Below, in pieces: positions 20,161 through 28,619 of a DNA stretch of 32,000 nt. A program made the translations under genes and the position numbers. How positions within the stretch are numbered: the first letter of the stretch is position 1; every line of letters starts with the position of its first letter. Location: sequence record NC_010821.1, one strand, 5' to 3'. Below the pieces are notes generated by a model. It had not been told where the DNA came from. It did not search any database and saw nothing but the letters and a program-made list of their open reading frames with translations. Source of the DNA: Pseudomonas phage 201phi2-1.

Positions 20161-20478
20161 ATGAGTACACTAAGTGTTTACCGAGTGGGGCTTGAAGGCA
20201 AGCCTGAGTTTAAAGTCGTCGTATCGGGTGGTGGCATTACCCGTGTACGCAATAGCTTCCTAGCGCGGTCTAAGGACCTTGTAAAGGCAAAGTTTAAAGT
20301 AATGGCTGTAAAGCATCGAGACTGGGCTATTGTTAATCGGCATCGCCTAGAAATTAATAATATCACCATCGAGACATTAGCGGAAAACCTACTCCCTGGA
20401 GCAGCTCAACTCTACGCTAATCTTTACATTAATGATTACCCTCAACCTGAACATATCCTCAATCACAAAGGAGCTTGA
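20161..20478 (+). CDS. Hypothetical protein, 105 aa
   Basis: GAGG upstream of the ATG. Confidence 0.75.
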   Translation: MSTLSVYRVGLEGKPEFKVVVSGGGITRVRNSFLARSKDLVKAKFKVMAVKHRDWAIVNRHRLEINNITIETLAENLLPGAAQLYANLYINDYPQPEHILNHKGA

Positions 20479-20479
20479 T

Positions 20480-20875
20480 ATGGACCCGTATCCACATGGC
20501 ACTGCACACCTCAAAGGTAAAGATCGCTGGATCGCCTACTGGCACATCACTACGTTCCTGGCAATCCTTATGGGTGCATGGTTACTACACGTGTTGTTCT
20601 TTGGTTGGTACTATTGGTTGTTTAAGGGCAAAGGTTATCTCATCCGTGCAAGTGATATCGAGGAAGATTTGGAAGTTAACAATTCCAAATGGTGGAACAA
20701 ATATGATGTTGCAGCGGCTAAGAAAGCGGCGGCCTTAAATGATCCAGATAGTCTAGTGCTCTTTACATGGCGTGTACATCCCCTGTTTATGGCGACTGAT
20801 ATGCTTTATATCCAATCCAAAGGTTATGCTGCGCGGATCTGGGATGAACGCGAAAAGATTTACCACTTTCGCTAA
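20480..20875 (+). CDS. Membrane-associated hypothetical protein, 131 aa
   Basis: Hydrophobic WHITTFLAILMGAWLLHVLFFGWYYWLF; ATG 20480 directly follows the upstream stop. Confidence 0.75.
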   Translation: MDPYPHGTAHLKGKDRWIAYWHITTFLAILMGAWLLHVLFFGWYYWLFKGKGYLIRASDIEEDLEVNNSKWWNKYDVAAAKKAAALNDPDSLVLFTWRVHPLFMATDMLYIQSKGYAARIWDEREKIYHFR

Positions 20876-20910
20876 TAGTCTGTAATACGTTCAATTTCTA
20901 AGAGGTGTAT

Positions 20911-21531
20911 ATGGAAGCTAAAGTCGGTACTAAACTGCAACCCCAAGGTGTATTTAGCATTGTGGGTTTGCTACCAAAAGAGCTACAGGAACGGTTCCGC
21001 AAAGAATGCTGGACCGAAGAGAAACAAGAAGAGACCGATTTCGTTCCAGATCCGGTACTCAAGTATGACCATGTATTGGGTCTGAGCTGGCTGACCGCTG
21101 AGGGTATCCCGAATACCCAAGAGGAACTCGATGCACAACGTGAGATGATCTTTAAGACGATGATCTCTGGTCCGACCACTTACAACGTGGGTCAGTTCTT
21201 TGTATTGTTCCCTAACGTGGTTTACACCACTCGGGACATTGAAGACTCTCTGATGATCGTTGAAGTGCTGGATGAACTCGAGTTTCCAGCTACTGACAAT
21301 CTGGTAACCCCTGCACTCCCTGAGTACAACCAATATGGTTACATGAGTCGTGAGGCTCTGGCCATACGTGCGGCACTGCATTCGTACGTTGCATCAGGCC
21401 GTATTAAGATTCACGAAGGTGCGATGCGCATGTACGCCTGTGAAGAACAATACAAATTTGAAGAAAGGTATAAGAAGCCTGACGAGAAGCCTTTGACTTT
21501 CGTCGAAATGGCTCGCCGCCGCCGAGGTTAA
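20911..21531 (+). CDS. Hypothetical protein, 206 aa
   Basis: AGAGG upstream of ATG 20911; track start 20905 is a GTG. Confidence 0.8.
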   Translation: MEAKVGTKLQPQGVFSIVGLLPKELQERFRKECWTEEKQEETDFVPDPVLKYDHVLGLSWLTAEGIPNTQEELDAQREMIFKTMISGPTTYNVGQFFVLFPNVVYTTRDIEDSLMIVEVLDELEFPATDNLVTPALPEYNQYGYMSREALAIRAALHSYVASGRIKIHEGAMRMYACEEQYKFEERYKKPDEKPLTFVEMARRRRG

Positions 21532-21533
21532 TT

Positions 21534-21644
21534 ATGCGTTACGTGATTGGCGCACTGATTTCAATCGTAATCGTTTTTGGTTTGGGCTACGGCCTGAACC
21601 AAACGGTTATTAAAACTCATCAACTGGAGCAGCAGAATGAGTAA
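21534..21644 (+). CDS. Single-TM peptide, 36 aa (MRYVIGALISIVIVFGLGYGLNQTVIKTHQLEQQNE)
   Basis: GAGG upstream; overlaps the next ATG (21637). Not in the ORF track. Confidence 0.6.
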   Translation: MRYVIGALISIVIVFGLGYGLNQTVIKTHQLEQQNE

Positions 21645-22059
21645 ACAGCAGTATACTCACGCCATGCTGTTGGCAATGCAGCTGGCCAGCGTGTTTAAAC
21701 ACGTTGACGATTTAGGGATACGTCGAGAAACGTACCAGAACTTCACCCAACTCGAAGGCGAACACGATGACATCATTCGTATTAGCTATGATGAGGGTAC
21801 CCGTAAAGGCCGTAGTTATGTAGAGGCTATTGTTAATAGCGATCGAAATAGCTTTAGGTTCAGACAACGTTTTAATTTCGGTATTCTACTGGAACTTGAA
21901 ATTGATTACTTACACAGTGAAGGTGGTTATCGATCCCTACTCGAAACCATTAAAGACGATACAATCGATGCGGGTTATCGGACCGAACTAATCTTCGACT
22001 TCGAATACTGTATCTCGCTCTTTACTGAGCATGTAGCTTCCAACTTAAATAAAGATTAG
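21637..22059 (+). CDS. Hypothetical protein, 140 aa
   Basis: ATG start, dense packing. Confidence 0.75.
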   Translation: MSKQQYTHAMLLAMQLASVFKHVDDLGIRRETYQNFTQLEGEHDDIIRISYDEGTRKGRSYVEAIVNSDRNSFRFRQRFNFGILLELEIDYLHSEGGYRSLLETIKDDTIDAGYRTELIFDFEYCISLFTEHVASNLNKD

Positions 22060-22068
22060 GGTACCTGC

Positions 22069-22650
22069 ATGACCGATATAATGGACACTCTGATTCAAGA
22101 AGCTGTAAATGGCGCACGTGATATCACAGTGGCCATTGGCGATCAAGAACTTCAATTTGAGGTTTGGTTTAATTATTTCCTGAGTAAGGTGGGTGAACGT
22201 AACCTCTTTAACAAGGCCGTGATCTACGATGACCTAACCTTTAATATGGATGGGTACAGTCCAACCATGTTCCCTGTGGTCAATCAACTCATCAAAGGAA
22301 TGTCTTATGTAGGGATGGATATCATCAAGCCATCTAAGACTGGACCGGTTCCAGAGGAACTGGCTGAAACATTTGGCTCGATGATTGCTGACGACCTCGA
22401 AGATCTTTACTGGGTATTGTTCACCATCGTTGAACACGGACATCCATTAAAAGGTGTACGGTATGCCACAGCTTATCGTAACGGGGAATTGATTTACCCG
22501 CCAGTTGATCCGACCTTCACTGAATACTACCCTGATGAGCACGTGCATGAACAAGCCCGTGGTATTTTTATCGATATCAAAGAACGGTTTCTCCGCACGA
22601 CTCGTCCTGAACTTTTCAAAACTGACGCTAAAGGTGTATTGTTGCCATGA
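22069..22650 (+). CDS. Hypothetical protein, 193 aa
   Basis: ATG start, ATGA overlap with the next gene. Confidence 0.8.
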   Translation: MTDIMDTLIQEAVNGARDITVAIGDQELQFEVWFNYFLSKVGERNLFNKAVIYDDLTFNMDGYSPTMFPVVNQLIKGMSYVGMDIIKPSKTGPVPEELAETFGSMIADDLEDLYWVLFTIVEHGHPLKGVRYATAYRNGELIYPPVDPTFTEYYPDEHVHEQARGIFIDIKERFLRTTRPELFKTDAKGVLLP

Positions 22651-23264
22651 CCGATCAAGATCTGTTTGAAGAAATTCTGCGCATTATTAGCCATCCTAAT
22701 GTAGACGCGTCTAGCTTCAAAGGGCACCCACATGAAACAGCTGTTTTCGCCATGGGTGCTTTTTCTGCCGATCCCTACTATGATGGGAGTTCACCCATTA
22801 AATCGTGGAGTCGTGTACTACAACTTGGTAGGTTGATGCAATTATTCTACGATGCACCAGCGCCAGTCTCAATCGCTATGGCCTTGTGCACAATCGAAAG
22901 GTCTAAATATTGGCCAGGTGATTCACATAACAATGTGCTCGAGGGCTTCAAGCATGTAATGTCCGATTACGCTTATCGCATCGTGGTTAATGCTATGAGC
23001 GGCATTGAATCAAATACTACGCGGACATACCACATGCTAAACCATATCCTTCAACTGGGTTTGTTGTATAGAGTCCTAAGTTCGGGAAACCAGTCGGTTG
23101 ATCTGGAGTCAGTTCAGTATTCGCTCGGACGTGCCAACATTGGTTTGCAAAGCAGTGTTGCTGAAAGTGATGATGCCCACCCGATGGCACGGGCAATGCT
23201 TGAACGTATCATCGAAGAGGTACAACGACTTATCCAACCAAAGGTACGGAGTGATGCTGCGTAA
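22647..23264 (+). CDS. Hypothetical protein, 205 aa
   Basis: ATGA overlap. Confidence 0.8.
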   Translation: MTDQDLFEEILRIISHPNVDASSFKGHPHETAVFAMGAFSADPYYDGSSPIKSWSRVLQLGRLMQLFYDAPAPVSIAMALCTIERSKYWPGDSHNNVLEGFKHVMSDYAYRIVVNAMSGIESNTTRTYHMLNHILQLGLLYRVLSSGNQSVDLESVQYSLGRANIGLQSSVAESDDAHPMARAMLERIIEEVQRLIQPKVRSDAA

Positions 23265-23595
23265 AACAATAACTGTACTCGGTTTCTTGACGTTAATTAG
23301 CTGTACGCCAAGTTATGCCAAAGCTGATGTGACACCCCTTACAGCAGAACACTGCAAGACAGTTAAGGTCATGGCTCGCCAGATCTTGATCGCCATGCAG
23401 CAAGGGGCAACACAGTATCAAGTCATGCAAGACCTTAACCATCGCTCAATGATGGATTTCGGAAAGGGTGGGGAGATAGTCAAGCTTTATCTGCAAGTGA
23501 ATACATCGGCCTTTGCGCGGAATATCAAGAAGGGGTTCCGTGTAGGTCAGATCTTGCAGATTGTGGACAAGGATTGTAATACACAAGTCGAATAA
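23254..23595 (+). CDS. Predicted exported (possibly lipo-) protein with two cysteines in the mature region, 113 aa
   Basis: MLRKTITVLGFLTLISCTPSYAKA; lipobox-like LISC; then HCKTVKVMARQ…DKDC. Track start 23098 overlaps the upstream gene; GGAG precedes ATG 23254. Confidence 0.75.
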   Translation: MLRKTITVLGFLTLISCTPSYAKADVTPLTAEHCKTVKVMARQILIAMQQGATQYQVMQDLNHRSMMDFGKGGEIVKLYLQVNTSAFARNIKKGFRVGQILQIVDKDCNTQVE

Positions 23596-23598
23596 TAA

Positions 23599-23622
23599 CC
23601 CTCCCCTAAGGGAGGGCTTTAT
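23599..23622 (+). terminator. Rho-independent terminator
   Basis: CCCTCCC-CTAA-GGGAGGG-CTTTATT. Confidence 0.85.
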
Positions 23623-23648
23623 TCCGTTAACACATTTTATTTGAGATT

Positions 23649-23663
23649 TATATTACTAAAGTG
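23649..23663 (+). promoter_or_regulatory. Promoter-like element TATATTAC-TAAA-GTG
   Basis: Follows a terminator, 35 nt before the ATG at 23684; matches the 29918 and 31225 elements. Confidence 0.65.
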
Positions 23664-23683
23664 TAATAATTCAAAGGTGATCC

Positions 23684-24121
23684 ATGGAACATACAAGATT
23701 AGTCGTGGAGGGCCGATGGGTAAATCGAGGTTGCGTCGGGTTACCGAAATGGCAGCTGATGGTTCATCCCGTCGTCATTAAGTCTCAAATCAATAAAGGT
23801 TATGCCGGATGTATCGTACTAGGTGATATGGATTTACCTGACCTACCTATAGTAGACTCTCAATCACCAAAGACAATTGATCTCACCCTGCACAACTTTG
23901 GGCAGTATAGTTGTAACGAAGGTTTTGAATGGCAGCTGTTGTTGACAACACCAGTACCGTTCATTAAAGACACAGCCTTCGAAGCACAACGTAAAAACGG
24001 TTATGTGTTTCTAGAAGACATTAAACCAAAAGATACTGAGGACGATCTCGATATGTGGATCTTTGAATCACTCAGTAGTTTGACCGGACCACGTACCATC
24101 TCATTCACAAAGGAAAGCTAA
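23684..24121 (+). CDS. Hypothetical protein, 145 aa
   Basis: ATG start downstream of the promoter-like element. Confidence 0.8.
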   Translation: MEHTRLVVEGRWVNRGCVGLPKWQLMVHPVVIKSQINKGYAGCIVLGDMDLPDLPIVDSQSPKTIDLTLHNFGQYSCNEGFEWQLLLTTPVPFIKDTAFEAQRKNGYVFLEDIKPKDTEDDLDMWIFESLSSLTGPRTISFTKES

Positions 24122-24122
24122 C

Positions 24123-24479
24123 ATGACTATCTATTTCGAAGGTGACGGCAAATCCCGTCCAGTAACTATCTCCGAGTGCCGCGATCAATTCATCAGTACT
24201 TTGAAAGACGTACGTGATGAGATTCTGAACGATCCCACCTTGGAATCTTACGAGGATACTCCACAACGCGACCGTGTGATCGCTGACCGTGTGATCGGCG
24301 GCGTTCTGGGTGTGTTGGACGGTAACAGTGATACATTCCCAGCGGTAAACCTCATCACCTATATCGCTGACGGTGAAGTCGAAGAAGCCAAAGCCGCAGG
24401 TGCCAACTATCTCGACCACTCTGAGTTCGCCGACTTTGGTCAGGGTCTACAAGAGTATTGGAATCAGGTATCTAACTAA
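24123..24479 (+). CDS. C-terminal YWxxV(S/N)(N/G) signature family, 118 aa (ends GLQEYWNQVSN)
   Basis: Shared C-terminal motif and helical core (DRVIGGVLGVLDG). Confidence 0.8.
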   Translation: MTIYFEGDGKSRPVTISECRDQFISTLKDVRDEILNDPTLESYEDTPQRDRVIADRVIGGVLGVLDGNSDTFPAVNLITYIADGEVEEAKAAGANYLDHSEFADFGQGLQEYWNQVSN

Positions 24480-24751
24480 TGGCCAGCCTAGAAGACGACG
24501 TTGTATCCCATATCGCCTGGAACCTTTATGGGATTCGCAATACCCTGATCAACGATGAACTCCATAAGCTGACACCAGTGCAATTAGTAGACGCCGCTAT
24601 TAGTCGTACTACAGCAGCTATTCAAGATAGTTTCGAGTTGAAAGCTAAGGGTGCATGTGAATCGAATGGCGACCCTCATTACTGTGTCGACATCTCGACC
24701 TATTATTGGGGTATTGTCAATGACCCTAATGTGGTGATGCATGAGAGCTGA
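24479..24751 (+). CDS. Divergent member of the same family, 90 aa (…DISTYYWGIVNDPNVVMHES)
   Basis: TAATG junction; VQLVDAAISRTTAAIQD…DISTYYWGIVND. Confidence 0.75.
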   Translation: MASLEDDVVSHIAWNLYGIRNTLINDELHKLTPVQLVDAAISRTTAAIQDSFELKAKGACESNGDPHYCVDISTYYWGIVNDPNVVMHES

Positions 24752-24965
24752 ATGGTGGGTGACTGAACGTAACAATCTACAGCTTTCAATCTCTTACCAA
24801 CAACCCAATGAAACCAGTTCCGGTACATCGGGCTGTAGTAGTGGATGGTGGTTACCTATAGAAGGTGGGATTGAAGCAACTGCCGAACGCATTCTGGCTA
24901 TCGTAAAGAAAGACTGGAATTGGCGTGAAGTTAAAGATCTCGATTCGTGGAAGAAACTTTTATGA
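24741..24965 (+). CDS. Hypothetical protein, 74 aa
   Basis: Overlaps neighbours slightly. Confidence 0.65.
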   Translation: MRAEWWVTERNNLQLSISYQQPNETSSGTSGCSSGWWLPIEGGIEATAERILAIVKKDWNWREVKDLDSWKKLL

Positions 24966-25333
24966 AAACTGCAATTGTTCCAAATGACCCAGGCCTTACC
25001 CGTCTGATGGAAGTGAACGCTGAGCTCTCAGTGGCACTTGAACAATACGAGAATCATTTCCGTGGTGAGGTGGTCCGACACCAGTTTGATGCCGTGTCCA
25101 GTTCACTGAAGGCCATTACTGATCGCTTGCCCAATCTCAGTGATCAAGAACTACGTATCATTGAGGCTGGTGTCGCTGATGCCGTTCATAACGCCAGTGA
25201 ATATACCGTAGAAATGATCGGGCTACACGAGCGTACTCTTGGACTGACTTCCGAAACGGCTCCTGCCGAAATCGCTAAATCGGCCAATACCATTTTCGGC
25301 CAACGAATCGCTAAATATTGGGACGATGTATAA
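24962..25333 (+). CDS. Hypothetical protein, possible family member (ends IAKYWDDV)
   Basis: ATGA overlap; track start 24947. Confidence 0.75.
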   Translation: MKTAIVPNDPGLTRLMEVNAELSVALEQYENHFRGEVVRHQFDAVSSSLKAITDRLPNLSDQELRIIEAGVADAVHNASEYTVEMIGLHERTLGLTSETAPAEIAKSANTIFGQRIAKYWDDV

Positions 25334-25932
25334 TGTCAGAAAAAGGATATATCGTCGCCGTCACACCTTACGTTAAGCAGAGTCAGAAATATATGAAGAA
25401 GCCAGAAATGACTTACGAGTTTATTAGCCATACTGATCGTAAGCGCTATATCCAATTTGCTCACCAAGCATGGCTACTGGGTTTGCATGAAGATGGTTAT
25501 CTGCAAAGCCATCTCCGTACGATTTGGAATTGGGGCGATAACTACTTTAGCCAAAACTACACAATCGACTATGATTTCGTAGTAGTACGTGCTGACGGCG
25601 CGATCGTGGGTATCATCCTTCACGAACATCGTAACTCGACTATTGACACTTACGTGATCCCTAGTTGGCGCCGACGTGGTGTCGCTAGCGGTATGGTTAA
25701 TGCACTGCGTGGATTCGTTGGCGATAGTAAAGTGCTATGTGGCTGGCGCGGTAAGACAGGTCAAGGTTGGGAACGTTACTATGAACGTAACTTCATTCTC
25801 TATATGGACCAACCCGTCCCACGCGAGATTCTCGATAAGCACTTGACTAAATCTGACGCAGAAACCGCTTTCTTCAAATCCCTTAAACTGAAAATGTCTG
25901 CCGCTTATCGGAAACATAAATCAGGTAAATAA
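25333..25932 (+). CDS. GNAT-family N-acetyltransferase
   Basis: IDTYVIPSWRRRGVASGMVNALRGFV is the acetyl-CoA-binding V/IxPxxRxxGxG/A motif; TAATG start at 25333. Confidence 0.85.
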   Translation: MSEKGYIVAVTPYVKQSQKYMKKPEMTYEFISHTDRKRYIQFAHQAWLLGLHEDGYLQSHLRTIWNWGDNYFSQNYTIDYDFVVVRADGAIVGIILHEHRNSTIDTYVIPSWRRRGVASGMVNALRGFVGDSKVLCGWRGKTGQGWERYYERNFILYMDQPVPREILDKHLTKSDAETAFFKSLKLKMSAAYRKHKSGK

Positions 25933-25933
25933 C

Positions 25934-26479
25934 ATGATTAACGTGACGCACGTAAAACGCTCTGACCATGACCACTTCATTCGCGTAAACCAAACATTGT
26001 TGAAAGGGCGCTACTTCGAACCAAGTGGCCTGCTAAAATTCAGATTAGCTCACACCATCGCCGGTGAAGGATGGGCATATGGCGAAGACTTTGATTTGTT
26101 CCTAGCCTACGCAGAAGGTCGATTAGCAGGCTACTGTGTTTACCTACCTAAAACTAATGGCGTTGAGTTTTACGTGGTGCCACGTTACAGACGACAAGGT
26201 GTAGCATCCGCTTTGGTAAAAGCTGTGCGTAAGCTCACTGGCTATACAGTACTATGCGCTAAGCCTGGATTTCAGGGCAGTGAAGAGTTCTTTAGACAGG
26301 CCCATATCTTTGTAGAAAACGATGATCGCGTTTATGCCACCTTGCGTGAACTAGGTGGTGATAATTACGCCTTGCTTCCACCCGATGAGTTCGTTAAACT
26401 CTATCACCGCGCAAACGCAACTCTTAAAATGCAACTACACCACGCTTTGAGAAAACAAAATGCAACTGCACTGGGCTGA
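25934..26479 (+). CDS. GNAT-family N-acetyltransferase (second, tandem)
   Basis: VEFYVVPRYRRQGVASALVKAVRKLTG motif. Confidence 0.87.
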   Translation: MINVTHVKRSDHDHFIRVNQTLLKGRYFEPSGLLKFRLAHTIAGEGWAYGEDFDLFLAYAEGRLAGYCVYLPKTNGVEFYVVPRYRRQGVASALVKAVRKLTGYTVLCAKPGFQGSEEFFRQAHIFVENDDRVYATLRELGGDNYALLPPDEFVKLYHRANATLKMQLHHALRKQNATALG

Positions 26480-26690
26480 ACTATTTATACTGGGTATGTG
26501 GACTTTAGCGGGAGGCTTTACATTCATCGGTGAGTTATTTAAAATACCGGTGATGCAATGTCAAAGCCTTTTTGGAGTTACCTCACGATGGGGTAAGTTC
26601 AGTATCGGTTTAGCTTTACTGGCATTCGTAATAATGCGAACCACTCAATGGCTGACGTCTGAAAACCCAACAATCAACTGGCAGATGTAA
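26460..26690 (+). CDS. Small membrane protein, 76 aa
   Basis: Hydrophobic segments; overlaps the GNAT 3' end. Confidence 0.6.
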   Translation: MQLHWAELFILGMWTLAGGFTFIGELFKIPVMQCQSLFGVTSRWGKFSIGLALLAFVIMRTTQWLTSENPTINWQM

Positions 26691-26717
26691 TAATTCTTTA
26701 ACTTAGAGGATTCACAA

Positions 26718-26996
26718 ATGAGCGTAGACAATTTCATTGGTGCAGTAAAAGTAAAACGTGACGAAGCTGTAGAACACTTCCTGTCGGAAGACTTCCACCA
26801 GGCTATGGCGAATGGCGTAGAAGAACCTGAAGCCGTAGTACGTAAAGGTATTGATCAACTAGTTGGCGGTATTCTGGATGTCATCTCTGAGCAGTATGAA
26901 GATATCGTAACTGCCGAAGATTCTGAAGGTGAGTCGGTTAGCGTAACCGTCGCAAGTGACCTCTCAACTCTGTACTTTGAAGAGGTATCGAACTAA
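26718..26996 (+). CDS. YWxxV(S/N)(N/G) signature family, 92 aa (ends LSTLYFEEVSN)
   Basis: AGAGG RBS; shared C-terminal motif. Confidence 0.8.
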   Translation: MSVDNFIGAVKVKRDEAVEHFLSEDFHQAMANGVEEPEAVVRKGIDQLVGGILDVISEQYEDIVTAEDSEGESVSVTVASDLSTLYFEEVSN

Positions 26997-27310
26997 TGTC
27001 TGAAGCTAATGCAGTGGAACAAGAAGAAACATACGCAACTGGTACTCAGGTTGTATTGGCTGAATTGAATAAACTCCCTGAAAAGATTCTGGGTTACGCT
27101 ATTCTGGACAATGCTGCTCCAGATGTAAAACTCATTCAGGAAGCCATACGTCGAACGCTGGGTATCGTTGAAACCCATATGGATCTTAGCTATCCAGATT
27201 CTGACCTCGTACCACAAGGCGAAGGTCCTGACGTTCAACTGACTAAGGTTGAAGTTCATGTGCCAGTAACTGACCTCGCTACCAAGTACTGGGATATGGT
27301 GAACGGCTAA
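26996..27310 (+). CDS. YWxxV(S/N)(N/G) signature family, 104 aa (ends DLATKYWDMVNG)
   Basis: TAATG overlap; shared C-terminal motif. Confidence 0.8.
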   Translation: MSEANAVEQEETYATGTQVVLAELNKLPEKILGYAILDNAAPDVKLIQEAIRRTLGIVETHMDLSYPDSDLVPQGEGPDVQLTKVEVHVPVTDLATKYWDMVNG

Positions 27311-27786
27311 TGACTACTGAACGTAAGCCAGCCCCGGAGATCACAGATCCATGGCTGCGTGAACATGCAGCCTCGATTAGTGAAGGGGCTCAAATGCTAT
27401 TCGATCAAAGGGCTCTGAGTGCCGCTGCACAAGGTGCTAAGTCCATGATCAATAGTTGGGTAGGTGAAGCCATCCAAACAGCTGTATCGGCCGCTCTGAC
27501 AATGGAACGACCTAAACCTGATCCCGAGGCTAAAGCGATTCTCGACGGTTCGGTATGTGCGATCACTATTGGTCAATGCGAAGAACTGTTGTTGCAGATT
27601 GATGACGATAAAGCCCGCGCTGCCGTTCACTCAACGGTAGAGCATGTATTGGAAGTCATCAATGACCAGTTCTATCTGACCCCGAAAGTGCAGGCTAGTG
27701 TCGACGGTACCCTGACAACTCGTCCCGCTCCAGTAGACTCGATAGATGCTAATCTGGCATTGCTCTGGGAAGCAGTTTCTAACTAA
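27310..27786 (+). CDS. YWxxV(S/N)(N/G) signature family, 158 aa (ends DANLALLWEAVSN)
   Basis: TAATG overlap; shared C-terminal motif and preceding helix. Confidence 0.8.
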   Translation: MTTERKPAPEITDPWLREHAASISEGAQMLFDQRALSAAAQGAKSMINSWVGEAIQTAVSAALTMERPKPDPEAKAILDGSVCAITIGQCEELLLQIDDDKARAAVHSTVEHVLEVINDQFYLTPKVQASVDGTLTTRPAPVDSIDANLALLWEAVSN

Positions 27787-27807
27787 GTTCTTAATAAAGG
27801 TATAGTC

Positions 27808-28164
27808 ATGCAAACTCGTAAATACAAAATCGGTCAATACGTTTCCGCGACAACTCAACTGATCAATGATAAGACTGGTGAAGTCTATTTGAATCCGGGT
27901 GAGTTGGCCCGCATCATGGTTATCGATCCGGCGTTGCATGAAGGTCGCCCATACGGACTGCGTAAAGAAGGTAATGCTGAACTCGGTATTCAGGCTGAGC
28001 ATATTACCAAGAACTACTTTGCCGAAGACCAATTGTGTGCAAGTCCACAACACCCAGCTAAGGCGGATATCTGGACTGAAAAGCCAGAGCAGTACTTCAG
28101 TCATCCATCGCATCCGCGTCACAATGAACTGAAGGCTCAGGGCTTCCGCTACACCCCACAGTAA
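27808..28164 (+). CDS. Hypothetical protein, 118 aa
   Basis: AAAGG upstream of the ATG. Confidence 0.8.
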   Translation: MQTRKYKIGQYVSATTQLINDKTGEVYLNPGELARIMVIDPALHEGRPYGLRKEGNAELGIQAEHITKNYFAEDQLCASPQHPAKADIWTEKPEQYFSHPSHPRHNELKAQGFRYTPQ

Positions 28165-28176
28165 GTTGAGGTTGTC

Positions 28177-28377
28177 ATGGCTGAGCCTACGTCGGTAAAG
28201 AATGTTTATGCTGCCCAAGATAGACCCACACACGGACAAAGAGTCATATACTACTTCGAGCCGTTTGAGCAGTGGTATGTCGGAGTCTATGATGCCGATA
28301 AAGATTCTGTTTTTGGTAAATCAGGTTTCACCAGTTGGTTACCAGAAGTAACTAAATGGATGGACGGAGTTAATTAA
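28177..28377 (+). CDS. DUF551-like small protein, 66 aa
   Basis: DRPTHGQRVIYYFEPFEQWYVGVYD…GFTSWLPEVTKWM resembles the DUF551 pattern. Confidence 0.7.
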   Translation: MAEPTSVKNVYAAQDRPTHGQRVIYYFEPFEQWYVGVYDADKDSVFGKSGFTSWLPEVTKWMDGVN

Positions 28378-28439
28378 ATGCCCATTTACGTACAGGTACA
28401 TCCGCGAACTTTAAAGTAAACCTGCGGAGGTAATGTACC

Positions 28440-28610
28440 ATGTCCAAATCGCGTCGCACTTGCTATTTCATCAACACGAAAGAATTCTGGTCCCCACGAC
28501 CTTACCGTTTCTTCTGTTCCAATAAGGAGAACAAAGTACTCTGTCACAAAGCAGAACGTCGGGTGGTTAAGAAAGACATCATCGGTTGGGAATTGCAACA
28601 GTTGTATTAA
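28440..28610 (+). CDS. Small basic Cys-containing protein, 56 aa (MSKSRRTCYFINTKEFWSPRPYRFFCSNKENKVLCHKAERRVVKKDIIGWELQQLY)
   Basis: Strong GGAGG upstream, terminator downstream. Not in the ORF track. Confidence 0.7.
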   Translation: MSKSRRTCYFINTKEFWSPRPYRFFCSNKENKVLCHKAERRVVKKDIIGWELQQLY

Positions 28611-28619
28611 AGTAATATC

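Noticed and set aside
22069-22650. Internal ADDLEDLYWVLFTIVEHG considered as a signature-family match
   Set aside because: Motif is internal and lacks the V(S/N)(N/G) ending; similarity too weak by eye.
26426-26475. Short direct repeat AAAATGCAACT(A/G)CAC near the GNAT 3' end
   Set aside because: Only about 14 nt, both within coding sequence; could be chance, no flanking structure.
27899-28132. 77-aa + strand ORF inside 27808..28164
   Set aside because: Alternative frame of a better-supported gene; low-complexity SSTSVIHR-type tail.
28177-28377. C-terminus TKWMDGVN considered as another YWxxVNG family member
   Set aside because: The protein is better explained as DUF551-like, where KWM/HWM is part of that family's own motif.
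28378-28419. 13-codon ORF MPIYVQVHPRTLK
   Set aside because: Too short, no clear RBS; likely leader/intergenic sequence for the 56-aa gene at 28440.
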